DNA of 64,000 bases from Owenia fusiformis (taxonomy: Eukaryota), in contig CAIIXF020000001.1 of NCBI GenBank assembly GCA_903813345.2, forward strand, positions 27,652,001 through 27,716,000, written 5' to 3'. The position numbers were made by a program, and so were the translations under genes. Under the pieces are notes generated by a model. The model ran no database searches, was not told the DNA's origin, and worked only from the letters and a program-made list of their open reading frames with translations. The number at the start of each line of letters is the position of its first letter. Position 1 is the stretch's first letter. Positions 50,601 through 62,869 of the stretch are shown here, in pieces.

Positions 50601-52421
50601 AATACTTTTGCTATCTTTTATTCAGAAACAGTTTTTGTAAACTGACTTGGTTTGAAATGAAATTTTTTTTTATCAAAAGTGGATTTGAATTTGATAGAAA
50701 AGAAATTATTGCAGACTACATTTAAAGAAAATATCAGCATACCTCGCAAGTTGCAATGATATTGCATAACATCCCTGTCGTGTTTCGTACCCTACATCAG
50801 ATGGCATCGCGTCCCTCTGGAGGACGTTAATGACTAGGTTGAGACCCCCAGCATTGAGGAAGTCATCGTAAAAATTTTTGGCACTTTGTATGGTTGCTAT
50901 GTCATTTGTTACCGGCATCAGTTTACTACTCAAGACCTGCAAGTGCGACAATTCCAATATATTCATCGAATCTTTACCCAAGGATTAACCGCTAGATAAA
51001 AACAAGGCATTTAACATGAAAAATGTCACCCCTATACTACCAGTTGTTACAGATGCAGAGCACCAAATGCCAACAACCAAACACATAACACCATCCACAA
51101 AAAAGTATAACAATATGTCACCATTTGTGGTTGAGACATTGTAAAGCAATGTTGAATTATTAAATATTTCTCATTCTTTGCAGCCTTTCTTGCAATTTGA
51201 AGTAAAATCTCACCTGGAGGTTATAGAGGACTCTGAATGTTGACATGTCTGTGGAGGAAGCATCAAACAGAGACTGGATGATTTCCCGGGGAGAAATCTT
51301 GGGGCTTAGTTGTGGTGACGGGAACGTATATTTTCTGGGGCTTGCCCGTGGACTCTGCTTAGGACTCGCAGCTTCTGGTGACGGGGATGGCTGCCTCAGG
51401 TACTACATAGGATATAATACATATTAGAAGTCAGATGATTATGCTAGTAATTATTGGAAGATTATTAGTACAATAACATCAGTTTGAGGGGCAATATAGT
51501 GGAACATTGGTCCGAGGGCCGAAGGCAATATAGTGAAAAATTGGACCGAGGGCCTTGGACCACAGAAATGACGTTATTAGGCCTTCGGCCCTCGGTTCAG
51601 GCCTGGTAAGGTGGTAATAATGATCTTTAATTTAAATCCAAACATACCTGAACATAACAGTAAAACAAAAAGTCATCGTTATGTCTGAATTGTGGACCAG
51701 TTACCATGTTAACAAATGATGGAAAATTGGATGACCCAAATTGTCTCTGTGATTGAAAGCACTCAATTGCATCAGAGTGAAACTAGTAGTCTCTTCAGCT
51801 GATACAATGTTGGTCACATCATAGATATCAGGTATGTTGAGTTGTGATTCATACGGTGGTATTGTACTTACACTTGGTCCAATGGAGTCCAGAGCATCTT
51901 GGACAGAGGGGTCTGTGGGAATCAACTGCAGCAGTTCACGTACTCTACTTGTAATCCTGCAACAGGCAGATAAAACATTGTCACCAGTTTTGGGATCTTG
52001 TAATGATTATCAAACATACATTCCTCTGACTTTCCATTGAAATGATGAATTGATTCTGTGGTTGAAATTAAGGAATTCTGCAAGATATAGAAAAGATACA
52101 AAAATTTCAAAAATTGAATTTTTTTCTTGTATTGAACAGATACTATTTATTTTCTTTGACCCAAATTAGCCACTTGATGGTGAGACTGGTAACTACCTAC
52201 TGGCATTTGGGTTATTCTATTCTTGCATTACAGAAACTGGAAACTGGGAGAAGCAAATGAAAATATCCATCAAATAGAATTTACCTGGACTCATCCTGGT
52301 CGGCCAACTGGTAGAGTGTGTCAAAGACATGCCCTCCCATGGCTGCCATCTGCACTCCAGGGAGCTGTTTCTCCTGCTCCAGTTCATAGCCACTCTTAGA
52401 GGCACTAGCTCCACTCACACC
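35671..52421 (-). CDS. USP24: Ubiquitin carboxyl-terminal hydrolase 24, 3' 30 exons (1579 aa); the 5' exons lie outside the window
   Basis: Exons (high to low): 52285-52421, 51872-51956, 51214-51402, 50743-50936, 50265-50457, 49841-49997, 49276-49434, 48635-48872, 48232-48293, 47932-48117, 47461-47575, 46233-46541, 45664-45844, 45248-45330, 44516-44654, 43749-44104, 43102-43241, 42589-42721, 42026-42227, 41663-41766, 41234-41347, 39282-39381, 38575-38694, 38292-38378, 37886-37997, 37476-37708, 37141-37297, 36690-36844, 36187-36282, 35671-35874; total 4740 nt, in frame. Cys box GLKNAGATCYMNSVLQQL; His box VHSGQANAGHYYSFIK and WFKFND; USP24-type segments EQEKQLPGV, YETRQGCYAISLQLAR and FQRTISAQDTL. 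Confidence 0.96.
36528..36660 (+). mobile_element. Short HINE-like family A copy
   Basis: AACAAGGCATTT..AAAATGTCACCACC ... AACAATATGTCAC..GTGACAAAA. Confidence 0.7.
39043..39238. repeat. Palindromic non-autonomous element
   Basis: GGATTGAATATGGGTTT..ATGATATTGACC / GGTCAATATCAT..AAACCCATATTCAATCC. Confidence 0.65.
39521..41117 (+). mobile_element. Helentron/HINE-like element, family A, with a central satellite array of about 135-146-bp units
   Basis: 5' end AACAAGGCATTAACATGACAAAATGTCACCACC; 3' hairpin ATGTCACCACTTTTGGTGGTGACAT then A-run, duplicated in tandem with a 50-bp period; about 10 monomers at 39580-40920. Confidence 0.8.
43231..43516. repeat. 53-bp tandem repeat, 5.4 copies, spanning a USP24 splice acceptor
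   Basis: Units start at 43231, 43284, 43337, 43390, 43443 and 43496. Confidence 0.9.
46787..47454. repeat. 86-bp tandem repeat, about 7.7 near-identical copies
   Basis: GTAATTCACTTTGCAATCCAATGATTTCAC recurs at 46799, 46885, 46971, 47057, 47143, 47229, 47315 and 47401. Confidence 0.95.
49076..49236. mobile_element. Small MITE, probably Harbinger-type; a diverged copy lies at about 486-645
   Basis: TIR GCCTCAGTCACATTTG / CAAATGTGACTGAGGC in a TTA/TAA context. Confidence 0.7.
49450..49590 (+). mobile_element. Short degenerate HINE-like family A copy
   Basis: AAGGCATTAA..CCACCTGCCATTTGTTACA ... GTGGTGACATAA. Confidence 0.55.
51001..51140 (+). mobile_element. Short HINE-like family A copy
   Basis: AACAAGGCATTTAACATGAAAAATGTCACC ... 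AACAATATGTCACCA. Confidence 0.7.
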
Positions 52422-52908
52422 CTTCAAAACAGAATAGAAAATCAAAACATTTGAAACAGTTTGAGAAACTGTCAGATATAGAGCAAGTGAAAATTCTTGT
52501 ACCACCTTGCATCCAATAACTGTAAATGTTCACCCTATGTTATAGTTTTGAAGAACTCTTTTGTGGGCATTTTGCACAGAATATTGCATGTTCTTCAAAA
52601 TAGTACACAGCTGACGCTTATATACATTATACACTTTGAATGCTTTTCAAAGACATAACAAGAAAAAGAAAAAAAACAACAAATATGTTAAGGCATGTTC
52701 AAAGTTATGAATTATAGGGGCGATGAAGACTTTGAACAGCAACACAGGAACAACAGAAAAACTTATTTCAGAAACCAGGAAGCAGCATGAGCATAATGAC
52801 AAGGATACAGGCAATAGAAGAGATGTTCATTTAAAGATGGCAGATTGAGCAGACTAGCCTACTTATGTATTAAAGTAGCTGTTTATTGGCAATAGATGTC
52901 TCTTCCAC

Positions 52909-53141
52909 TACTTCCACCATTCATAATAATATGGTGGTGTAGCGGTAGAATCCTCGCCGAGCACGCGGGAGGCCCGGGTTCGAATCCCGCATACGCCTTT
53001 TTATTTTTTTAACTAAATGATTGTTCTTTGATATTACGCAGAAAAAACAATTTTTATTTACATAAACTTTATATTAGAGTTTGAAAATGTAAAAACAATA
53101 AATGTCAACATATTGCGTTTTGGAGCGATGTGCAGGTTTAA
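52909..53141 (+). mobile_element. Repeat containing a tRNA-Gly-derived segment (copy 2)
   Basis: GGTGGTGTAGCGGTAGAATCCTCGCCGAGCACGCGGGAGGCCCGGGTTCGAATCCCG plus the same AT-rich tail ending GGAGCGATGTGCAGGTTTAA. Confidence 0.75.
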
Positions 53142-53162
53142 GTGTTCAGCTTAAGGACATAT

Positions 53163-53853
53163 AAAGGTCCATGTGCAGTATGGCAAATTATTTTAGACAG
53201 TCATATCTTTCACCATGGGTACTTTCTGGCCATCAATACAGCTGTTTTTTGAAAACAATATGTTTTCTTTAAAGTGAAGTCCCCATGATAGTAAAAAACC
53301 AATCCAACTCTCTGAAAAATTATTGAATTAGGACCCTACCTTGGCACTTTTTTGAAAATGTTAGGATCATTTTCAAAAAAGAGGATCTTGTTTTTCTCAA
53401 TTTAAACAAATCGGAAGTTTCTTCTTCACTATATTAACATTTTCTGAAAAGGGATGCGTATTGAAATGCGTTAAAGTTAAAAACCACATATCTCATGTTA
53501 TTTTCCCATAGGGAAAACTCAAGTTTTGTTTTCAGCATAACTTTGGTCATCTAAAATTGATATCTTCAAAACCAACCTTTCAATACCATTCAACTTTTGA
53601 AGAAGCTTTAGACCCCTTGATCAATAATCTTTTCATGCAATAAAAACCAGGAAAAGAAGATCCTCTTTTGACTAAATAGGTTAAACATTTTGAAAAAAAT
53701 TTCAAATAGTTTGATTGATATTTTTATCATCATGGGTACTTCACTTGAAAGAAAACATTGATTTAATAAAAACCACTGTATTTGTGCCCAGAAAGTATTC
53801 ATGGAAAAAGATATGACTTTCTAAAATCACTTGCCATACTGCACATGGACCTT
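53163..53853. mobile_element. MITE with long degenerate arms
   Basis: TIR AAAGGTCCATGTGCAGTATGGCAA / TTGCCATACTGCACATGGACCTTT. Confidence 0.75.
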
Positions 53854-56436
53854 TTGTGGTATCAACTTTTCATTTTCAAATCCATATAAAACTCTAGATT
53901 TTTCTTGATTTTTCTTAATATATGGTTTTATTGGGTATAAGTAACATGAAGGAAGAGTACTAGATCTCTCAAAATTGACTTTTATTGAGGCCCTAGGTTA
54001 GGTCATATAAACATTTAGTTTATATAAAAAATATGAAAATGCCAAACATGAAATGTTACATGGCGAAGGTGATGTATGAAAGTGTCACTCCGATCAAATT
54101 TCTAAACTCAGATACATATGAAAAAAATCCTTATTGTGCTTTTGTAATTCATTTAAATGAACCATTTATATTGATTTGATTTTACTATAAAGAGCTAACT
54201 GACATTGTGATTCTGACATTTCCATTGACTACGATTGTGCCAGATTTTTTTATGTCAGATTTTTTTTATGTTTAAAGTTGTTTTAACCTAGTTTGTAGGT
54301 ATATTGATTAGGCCTCTACTAAGCGTACTTGCGCATACAGTGACTGCAGCTGCCTAACAAAAATAAAGTAATTGCTACTTGTAGCTGACACCATCGATGG
54401 CCTGCGCTATGGAGTCATCTTTTTTTGTGACCACATCTTGAAAAATACTTTTGACTTAAGAAATGAAGAATAATTTGTCAAAATGCCAAGACATCCATCA
54501 CATTTCAACATAATGTTTCATGTTGTCTTCCGAGGCAATTTAATTAGATACAAAAGATATTTACCAAACTGTACAATAATCCAATTCAAGGATTAATTAT
54601 CTTTTTCAATCTTTTTGCATTATACATTGTATTACTAGGGTGACAGAATTGTGATGAAACTCTAATTTGGAAGATATCAAATTTTAGTGCCCAAATTTGC
54701 ATTTCAGTACCTTTTCCCTTTCAAAAAGTTATTTACATAACGTAACATAAGGTAGAAAATTGTTTTTTTTGATAAACTCACGAGGGAACTCGGAGCATAT
54801 AGAAACTCATCACCTTGGTTAAATTAATTTTGGGAAACTGGAGAGAAACGGTCCTAATCCATGAATTATCTGTGCGTCTGATTAATATTTACCTTTGAGG
54901 AAAATACAGTTTTAATGGAAAATGCTGTAATTAAGGAAATTACAAGATATGACTATATAATTATTTTGCCTAAAATTTGAAGCTGGTTGTTTCTATAGAT
55001 TATTGAATATATTACAAGGTATAGGTAAACATTATGATATCTTATTACTTTTTTCTATTAAGGATTTTTGTGTTGAATATGAGCTGTCAGGCTGTCTGGG
55101 GTAGTTCAAATTTAAATTGAATGCCAATGTATGACAGTGAGTCTAAAGCATCAAAAGAATTACAAGAATCTACTGCTTATTTAAAAGCATTTAAAGCAAA
55201 TTAACATCATAGTAACATGTAACTAACCCTATTGATAGATTACAAAACACACCCTCTTTTGTGAAGTTTGAAAAACAACTATCAATGCAATGATGATGTG
55301 TTTTTTTTTTATTAAAAGTACTTTTAAACTTTTTAAAGTTTATTTGCCCTTCTATTTTGTCTCACTTTTAGTTTGTCTGCCATAGTTGCTTTGGAGAGTA
55401 GTTTATCTTTGAGATGGCCTTGGCCTATATGCAAACACTCAATAAAATGTTCTCAATAAAATGTTACATACATATTTTTTCATATTTTTATTTTTTATAT
55501 TTTCATGTTAGCAAAAATGGATTAAGTAATTGTGAGCAAATAGGAATAAAGTCCACTGTAGTGATGGGGACATAAAAAGTGAAACTAACAAGGTTCATCT
55601 CATAATTTATGGCACTACATTACCTGGCTATCATTATGTTTATTTTGTTTATCAGTCATTGTGAGGTCAGAAAAATGTTACATAACTGTCCAATGTCAGC
55701 ATTTTGTACACAATAAAAATTAAAAAATACTATCAATGCCTCAGTAAGTAGTTGATGATAACCAATGGTTAAACAATAGAAACAACATAAATAAATAAAT
55801 TTCATAAATCATTAGAATGATATTGCTGTTAAATCCTTTTACGAAATACTACCTGTGAAGTCAAACACAGATCAATGTATCCAAGAGGGGAATGTATTTA
55901 TAACTTTTATTGACATATTGTATCATAACATGATTACATTAGTCAGAACTATGGTAGACTACATAATTTACATGGGCTTTTGTATGCAATATTTGCCTTG
56001 TTTAAAGAGAAGACTCAGATTAACAATGCTCCAGTCATATGGATATGTTCTACTGTCAAATATTGCATTAAAAAGTCAGGAAGAAGAACCTCTCAATTCC
56101 AGATTATGTTCGATGGGATGCCATCAATGTCAGCTTATTAGACTTTACTCTTTTTAAAGCATTATAAACCTCGATTTGACTAATTCTTCTGTCATCTATG
56201 ATATCATGACAGAGATTTGAATTAGGGTCATTAGAATTAGTTTGAATGTACTCTTGGATATAGTTTTTCATCAAAAAATAAATCTATGTTTGGTGGCTTT
56301 GCCACATTTTGAAAAAGTTAATAACTTCTCAGCGGCAACTGGTATATCTTCCATCACACCTCTTGGCAATGCATTAATGAGTTTCCAGAAATCAGTTGAT
56401 ATTTTGATCTATTTTCTACCAAGCTTTCTAACATAC

Positions 56437-56463
56437 CTGCTTCTTTCTTTTATGTTTTCCCCT
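56437..56463 (-). CDS. Candidate 27-nt phase-0 microexon of USP24 (RGKHKRKKQ)
   Basis: Minus strand reads CTAAACAG|AGGGGAAAACATAAAAGAAAGAAGCAG|GTATGT. Good donor and open frame, but a weak pyrimidine tract. Confidence 0.35.
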
Positions 56464-56733
56464 CTGTTTAGTTTGATTATATTGTTTAATAAGTTGATCT
56501 ATATGACTATCATCAAGTTTATTTATTATTGCACTGTGAAGTTTTCTTTTCAGGATTTAACATTTTGAACCCAAAATTTCTCTGAAATTTATTGCTTTTG
56601 TTTCCTGTTTTGAAAAGTAATACATGATTGTATGTTATTTTGACCAGTTTTAAACATTTCTCAGTTAAAAGTTTGTCATTTATTCTAAAATTTCTTCTCA
56701 AATGGCAGTTCTGTGGTTGGATTTCACAAGAAA

Positions 56734-57787
56734 AACAGCAACTCCACGGAGTAGCAAATCCCACCGAACAAAACATGTTTTGATAAATAGTGGCCATATA
56801 AAATTTGAGCCAAATCAATCCACTGGTATTCGAGTTATCAAAATTTATGATTTTTATGAAACATGGTTGCCATTTTAAAATTCAGCTGTCATCTTTAAAA
56901 TTTTTCTTCAGCAGAGCTCCTATGTCTATAATATCAGCATCAGTATATAAAATTTTAACTAAATCCGTCAACTGGTATTTGAGTTATCAAAGATTACCCT
57001 TTTTATGAAAAATAGCAGCCATTTTGAAATTCAGCTGACACATTTGAAATTTCTTCTGATGCAGATCTCCTTTGTCCCTAGACATCAGCACCTAAAATTG
57101 GAACCAAATCCATCCACTGGTGTTTGAGTTATGATTACATTTTTTAATAAAAATGGTGGTCATTTTTAAATTCAGTGGCCATTATACATCTTGAAAATGT
57201 CTTTTCTTGAGCAGAACTTCTTTGTTTCTAGGCATCAGCATATAGAATTTGAACCACATCCATCAACTGGTATTTGAGTTTTCAAAGATTATATTCTTTT
57301 ACGAAAAATGGCAGTCATTTTGAAAATTAACTGCCATCTTGAAAATCCTTTCTCGAGCAGAGCTTCAATGTCCCTTGGCATCAGCATGTTAAATTTGAAC
57401 TAAAGCCATTCACTGGTATTTGAGTTGTCAAGGATTGATTTTTACAAAAAATGGTGGCCATTTTATATAATTCAGTGGCCATCTTGAAAATGTCTACTTG
57501 AGCAAGGCTCCTTTGTACCTAGGCAACAGCATATTAAATTTGAACCAAATCGGTCAACTAGTTTTTGAGTTGTCAGAAATTATAATTTTTACGAAAAATG
57601 GCCACCATTTTTAATTGAGAGGCCATATTGAAAGTTCCTTCTCGAGCAGAGGTCCTACACTTATAAGGCATAAGCCTATAAAATTTGAATCAAATCCGTC
57701 AACCGGTATTAGAATTATTGCTCAAACAAACAGACGGATGGACAGCTTTCCTATGTCCCCCTCAAACTTTGTTCGGTGGGATAAAAA
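56734..57787 (+). mobile_element. Helentron/HINE-like element, family B, with internal repeats of about 146 bp
   Basis: Subterminal inverted repeat ATCCCACCGAAC / GTTCGGTGGGAT; 6-7 diverged units containing AAATCCRTCAACTGGTATTTGAGTT and AAAATGGC.GCCATTTT. Confidence 0.75.
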
Positions 57788-57792
57788 TATAA

Positions 57793-57870
57793 GGCATCTG
57801 TCTTCTAATGCCAAGGTCCTGGGTTCAAATCCAGGCACTGGCAGAGACTTGATTGGCACTGGCTAGAACT
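57793..57870 (+). mobile_element. tRNA-derived SINE fragment
   Basis: GGTCCTGGGTTCAAATCCAGG, a T-arm/B-box sequence. Confidence 0.4.
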
Positions 57871-58309
57871 GCCTATGGATAATGATGCCAATTTCTGTCA
57901 GATTAATAATGTCATGGGGAACTGTCTCTACCTTATAAAATATCAGGTTACAAGTTAAGATGGGGATATTCAACCCCTTTAAAATTAACTGAACAGATGG
58001 GAGAACATTACATGAAAGACTCCAACTCTACTAAACTTGATGATGATGAAAATAGAATATCTAGGTAGTCAAAAAATAGATGTACCTGCAATAGCAAATA
58101 TAGCTGAATTCTAACTTTATATAATTTTAAATCAATACACTGCATTACAAATACTCATTTTCAGTATTTTGTCCACTTATATCAGGAGTTTGTTTTATTT
58201 GAGGCATTATTAATTCAAGAGCCTGACCTCCAGCAATAAACATGTGAGCAATTTACAATATTTCCTTTTAACTAATCATTTAATCATCAATTAATTAGGA
58301 ATTAATTAC

Positions 58310-58336
58310 CTCATCCAAGCTGGAAGCTGCATGATT
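58310..58336 (-). CDS. Candidate 27-nt phase-0 microexon of USP24 (NHAASSLDE)
   Basis: Minus strand reads TTAAC..TTTCATGTTTCTGTCTTGCTTTCAG|AATCATGCAGCTTCCAGCTTGGATGAG|GTAATT. It is open in phase 0, matching the next exon (52421). Confidence 0.6.
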
Positions 58337-59984
58337 CTGAAAGCAAGACAGAAACATGAAAGCTGTTAACAAGTAACTATAATAATTCATCTCCATTGAA
58401 TGAAGAACAATCAGCCAAGCATATCAAAACCCATTTTGGTGTGATATTTATAGGATATCCTATGATTTGGAAGAATATCATTTTTATCTACGAGTAGATT
58501 AAAATGATATTCTGAAAAAGTCATAGGATGTTCTTATCATTCATCAATTAGTGTACTAAATGTATGATATCATTGAAAAATAAATCCTGGAAATCAACAA
58601 GCAGAGTATATTGTCACAATATCCTCCACATATTGGTATTCGGGAGTATATCATGGCAAAAAGTTATTCATTTTGCCAATAGATTTCAAATTTATTTTTT
58701 AATGTTTTACACATTAAGTAAACTAATTGACTGTAGGATAATTATCAACTATAATAATTACATATTAATTACATGGTGTTAAAATATGGGGAGGGAACTT
58801 TTAATTTAACATTACTTTTGCAATTCTCAGTACATGTTAAGAATGTAACAGTGTCAAATAGTGAAATCGACACTTCCTGTTTGCCATCTTAAAGGCAGAA
58901 TCTGATCTATAGGGGGTGACAAAATTACAAGCAACGTGTAATTGACCTACCAATCTATTCCTTACAATATCAAATGCAATATCTCCCAAAAGATTCACAA
59001 TATTTTATAAATTGGTGAAGTTATTAATGATTCAAAGTGCAAAAATGAGTTAAAAATGTTTAAATTATCCCAAATAATAAGAATGGCAAGCATTCTTATA
59101 GAAAAATAATACATTATTGTAAAAATCTTTAGTTTTCCTGGAATAAAGTATGCACTTTTGTGATTTTTAGAAAATATGCATGACAAGGAATGACATGAGC
59201 CAAAAATATTCTAAAATTGAAACAATTTTTTTGTTTAGCCTGCTCGCTATATCTGATTCTCTCTTTAAATGCCAAGGTGATGGCCGTAACCTTTGCTTGA
59301 ACTGACCAGGGTATATCATGTATTATCATTTGATTACATCATGTAACAGATACAAAATCAGAGCAACATATAAATACAGTTCAAAGGTCAAGGTATTTGA
59401 GATCAATATATTATTAAGGTAAACGATAAACAAAGGTTATTAACAAAACAAGATTGTAAATTTCAAAGTTGAATGCCCGTATTCTAGAGATATTCCAAGG
59501 CTAAAGTCACCTCATACATTGATACCAATAAGCAGTTGAGGTGAATCCAGACCCCGGAGAAAACCCTGGATCTAAGTCTGAAAATTCATCAATGTTAATG
59601 AATCTTATCATTTAACTATTTAAAAAAAACGTATCAGCCTTTTCCATAATGCTTCAAAATCTGTGTCACATTGACACTAAGGGTGTCCTCCTGTTGTGTT
59701 ATCTTGATTCACCTAACTAATGATATACATACACTCTTTTCAGTACACTTAGTTAAAATTGAGTACAATAATTCTATTTTACTATATTTCGATTTGTATT
59801 CTCATATCGGCATCACCTGTTTAATTGTATCTTAGGCCAGGGTCACCTTGACATTCAGTTCAGATGGTTTTTATATTTGGGAAGATGGCCACATTCCAAA
59901 TGTGATAAAAGTAGTAATGAAATGACCAAAATGCCAATACTTTTCAAAATGGCCATCATAATGAATTCATCCAATCATCATCAT

Positions 59985-60096
59985 GCAAAAGCACAACCTT
60001 CCATTTGTTACAGATGGCTTACTCCGAACCCCGACTGCTGTTACAAAAGTTAGAGATCATAACAATATGTCACCACTTGTGGCGGTGACATAAAAA
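59985..60096 (+). mobile_element. Short HINE-like family A copy (3' end intact)
   Basis: CATAACAATATGTCACCACTTGTGGCGGTGACATAAAAA. Confidence 0.6.
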
Positions 60097-61139
60097 TGGT
60101 CAACATAATGTTTTAGAAAAGTTTTGAGTTTGGACTAAATCAACAAGATAAATAACAAAAAATACTCTTAATTCAACACTAAACTGCCTTTATTCCTCTT
60201 AGGGCATATCCCCCTAACAGAATAATAATGTCCCAGGTGTCATTTTTGAAAAATGAGATTTTAATAGATTTGTCCTATCTAGCTTATTCTCTTTCTTTGT
60301 TTGACATTCCCTTACCTATATCTCATATTAGCCTGCTTTTTAGTGTCAAATTGTCCTCCATAAAAATTTCAAAAATATAATTTCAGCTTGTCCTATTATG
60401 CCAGCTTAACCAATCAAATTGTTTCAATTAGATCATAAAATATCTAGTTTTGCAAAAAAGGATAATAAAAAGTATGTGTCCATTGAAAAAATGCACGGGA
60501 ATTAAAGGGACATAGGACACATTTATTATTTCGATCTTATGACAAATTGTTGAATGGCCATATCTTCACTGTAATTTGCTCAAGATTACTGTTTTGGAAA
60601 ATCTTAAAAAGTTGAAATATATGGATTTTCTAGATAATGTACACAATTATATGACATATTATAAATATGCCAGTTGAAGTTACATATGTCTAATTTTTCA
60701 AAGCCTGTTTTCTCAGTTTCAAAAAAGTGTGGATTAGGACATTATTATTCAACATAATGGAGGAAAGCGTGCAAACAATTTTTTGATTTTTGCCTGAATG
60801 GATTGGAAGGATGGATTAATAGGGGTATTCTCTATATTCCCCAATTTTGTTCATTGGTATAATATGATTTCAATATAATTTTACTTACAAAAGGTCAAAG
60901 TACATGGTTTTCACATTTCAATGAACCATTGAATATTGCTCGTATAATTGTAATACACTCAATTAAAAAATTACTATGTAAACCATTTCTATTTACCAAA
61001 TTATGTTCAAGTGAAATAAATTAAGCGCAGAATAACAATTTGGTAACAAAGGCTTGAATGAAATCATAATATTTGTAGGTTCCTTACTGAAACATTGCAA
61101 AGTGTCACTTCCCTCTGATTGACACTGGCATAAATACTG

Positions 61140-61426
61140 TACTCCCTGAATTTTAGCGTGCGATTTAATTTGCCGATTAATTTTCTTTTCTTATTATTCA
61201 ATTTTAATTAATACTCCCTGAATTTTTGCATGCAATTTAATTTGCCAATTAATTTTTTTTCTTATTATTCAATTTTCATTAATACTCCCTGAATTTTTGA
61301 GTGCAATTTAATTTGCCAATTCATTTTTTTTCTTATTATTCAATTTTCATTAATACTCCCTGAATTTTTGCGTGCAATTTAATTTGCCAATTCATTTTTT
61401 TCTTATCATTCAATTTTCATTAATAC
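61140..61426. repeat. Tandem repeat of about 71 bp, 4 copies
   Basis: TACTCCCTGAATTTT..GTGCAATTTAATTTGCCAATT recurs four times. Confidence 0.9.
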
Positions 61427-62689
61427 CAAAAAAAAGTTACAACAATAGCTCTTCAATCTCTTATCAGCATTGTGAAGAAATGTAAAAATAACATATATTA
61501 CAAATATGCTGGTCAGGCACATGAGTTCCCTGGATCTCGGATGATATCAAGTCTGGAAGCTGGGTCAGTAATCATTATCAGAGGGGTAAATTATTGGTGA
61601 TAAGATAAGTTGTGTGATAGTGGTCATAATGATTGAGTCCTGCTTTAGAGATTTTAGGTGATCATGCCAGTAAAATCCCCAGCGATTGGTCAAAGGATGA
61701 GTCAGGATATATGCCCTTTTGGTCTCTCAATTAAATGTAATGTAAAATGTAAATGTAGATTCCATATACAAAAAATAATCGAAATAAATTAATATTGGAT
61801 GGAGGGGGGAGTGGATGGAGGGGGGGGGGGGGGTGGATGGAGGGGGAATTTATATGTCTTTACAATGGAAAAAAGTCACAAGAACTCGTGTATTTGAAAA
61901 AACTAAACTCAGTATCCCAGTAAGAAACTGGATATTATATCTCTGGAGAATAAAAAATGGGAAAATTTGGAGTCATAAGAATAAATTCAAATAGCAAGTC
62001 TTATCATGTCTTATATACTTAAGTCCACGCGGGATCTCGGAAAGTAAAGGAATGCTTGTAGAATATAGGTTAGCTAGTAGATTTAAGGTATTCCACCCAC
62101 CACCCCACCTAACGCCTCTGTGTTATCATATTTAAGTTTATTATTAATAAGAGTTAAGCATTACACATGTAGTTGACTTTTGGGATTAGGATAGTACATG
62201 CATGTGTTAATTAAGTGTTGGTGTAAATTGGCCCACACAAATATGTATGCATCTCTTTAGTATATTGATATTTTTATTTGATATTACAGCCCTTTACCTG
62301 ACTTTGAGTTGTATGAATTTAGGTAACACCCATATATCATTTGACAATTTTGGTCTAAGAGAACTTATTAAATGCTTGGGCTATGATCTGAATGTTAAGA
62401 CAATAAAGAAAGTATCGCAACTCCTTATGCCAACATTAAAAAAGTTATTAATTAAATCATTATGGATAACATAAAACATATTAAATTAACTGGGAATACA
62501 ATACATGGTTATCTGACAATATAAAATGAGATTAAATAAAGACAGCAAAATGTTGCATTCTTTTGGGATCACCCTGTATATTGCATGAAAGTAGTTCCAG
62601 TCATTACATTATCAATGAGTGATCTAATGTACACAAGTGGAATATAAAAGAACTCCCAGGGCACAGTAAAGGAACAGAATATTTTCATC

Positions 62690-62869
62690 ATGTTCCAACT
62701 GAGCATCTTCATAGCTTTGTTTGCAATTGCTCAAACTGTTTCCAATGTAACGAAAGAAGATTCAAAAGGTTATGGATTGCTATTCACTAGTTTGACGAGA
62801 GAGGTTGAGGATGTGAAGCTAAGATTTGAGTTGCCAGGTGGGATACCTAAGTGGATCAAAGGCACTTTG
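62690..62869 (+). CDS. First coding exon of a carotenoid oxygenase (RPE65/BCO family)-like protein with a predicted signal peptide
   Basis: ATG at 62690, 60 codons, then a GTAAGT donor. MFQLSIFIALFAIAQTVS is hydrophobic. LLFTSL..EVED...GGIPKWIKGTL matches the family's N-terminal G-x-IP-x-W-x-x-G-x-L motif that precedes RNGPG. TATAAAA at 62643-62649. Confidence 0.72.
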
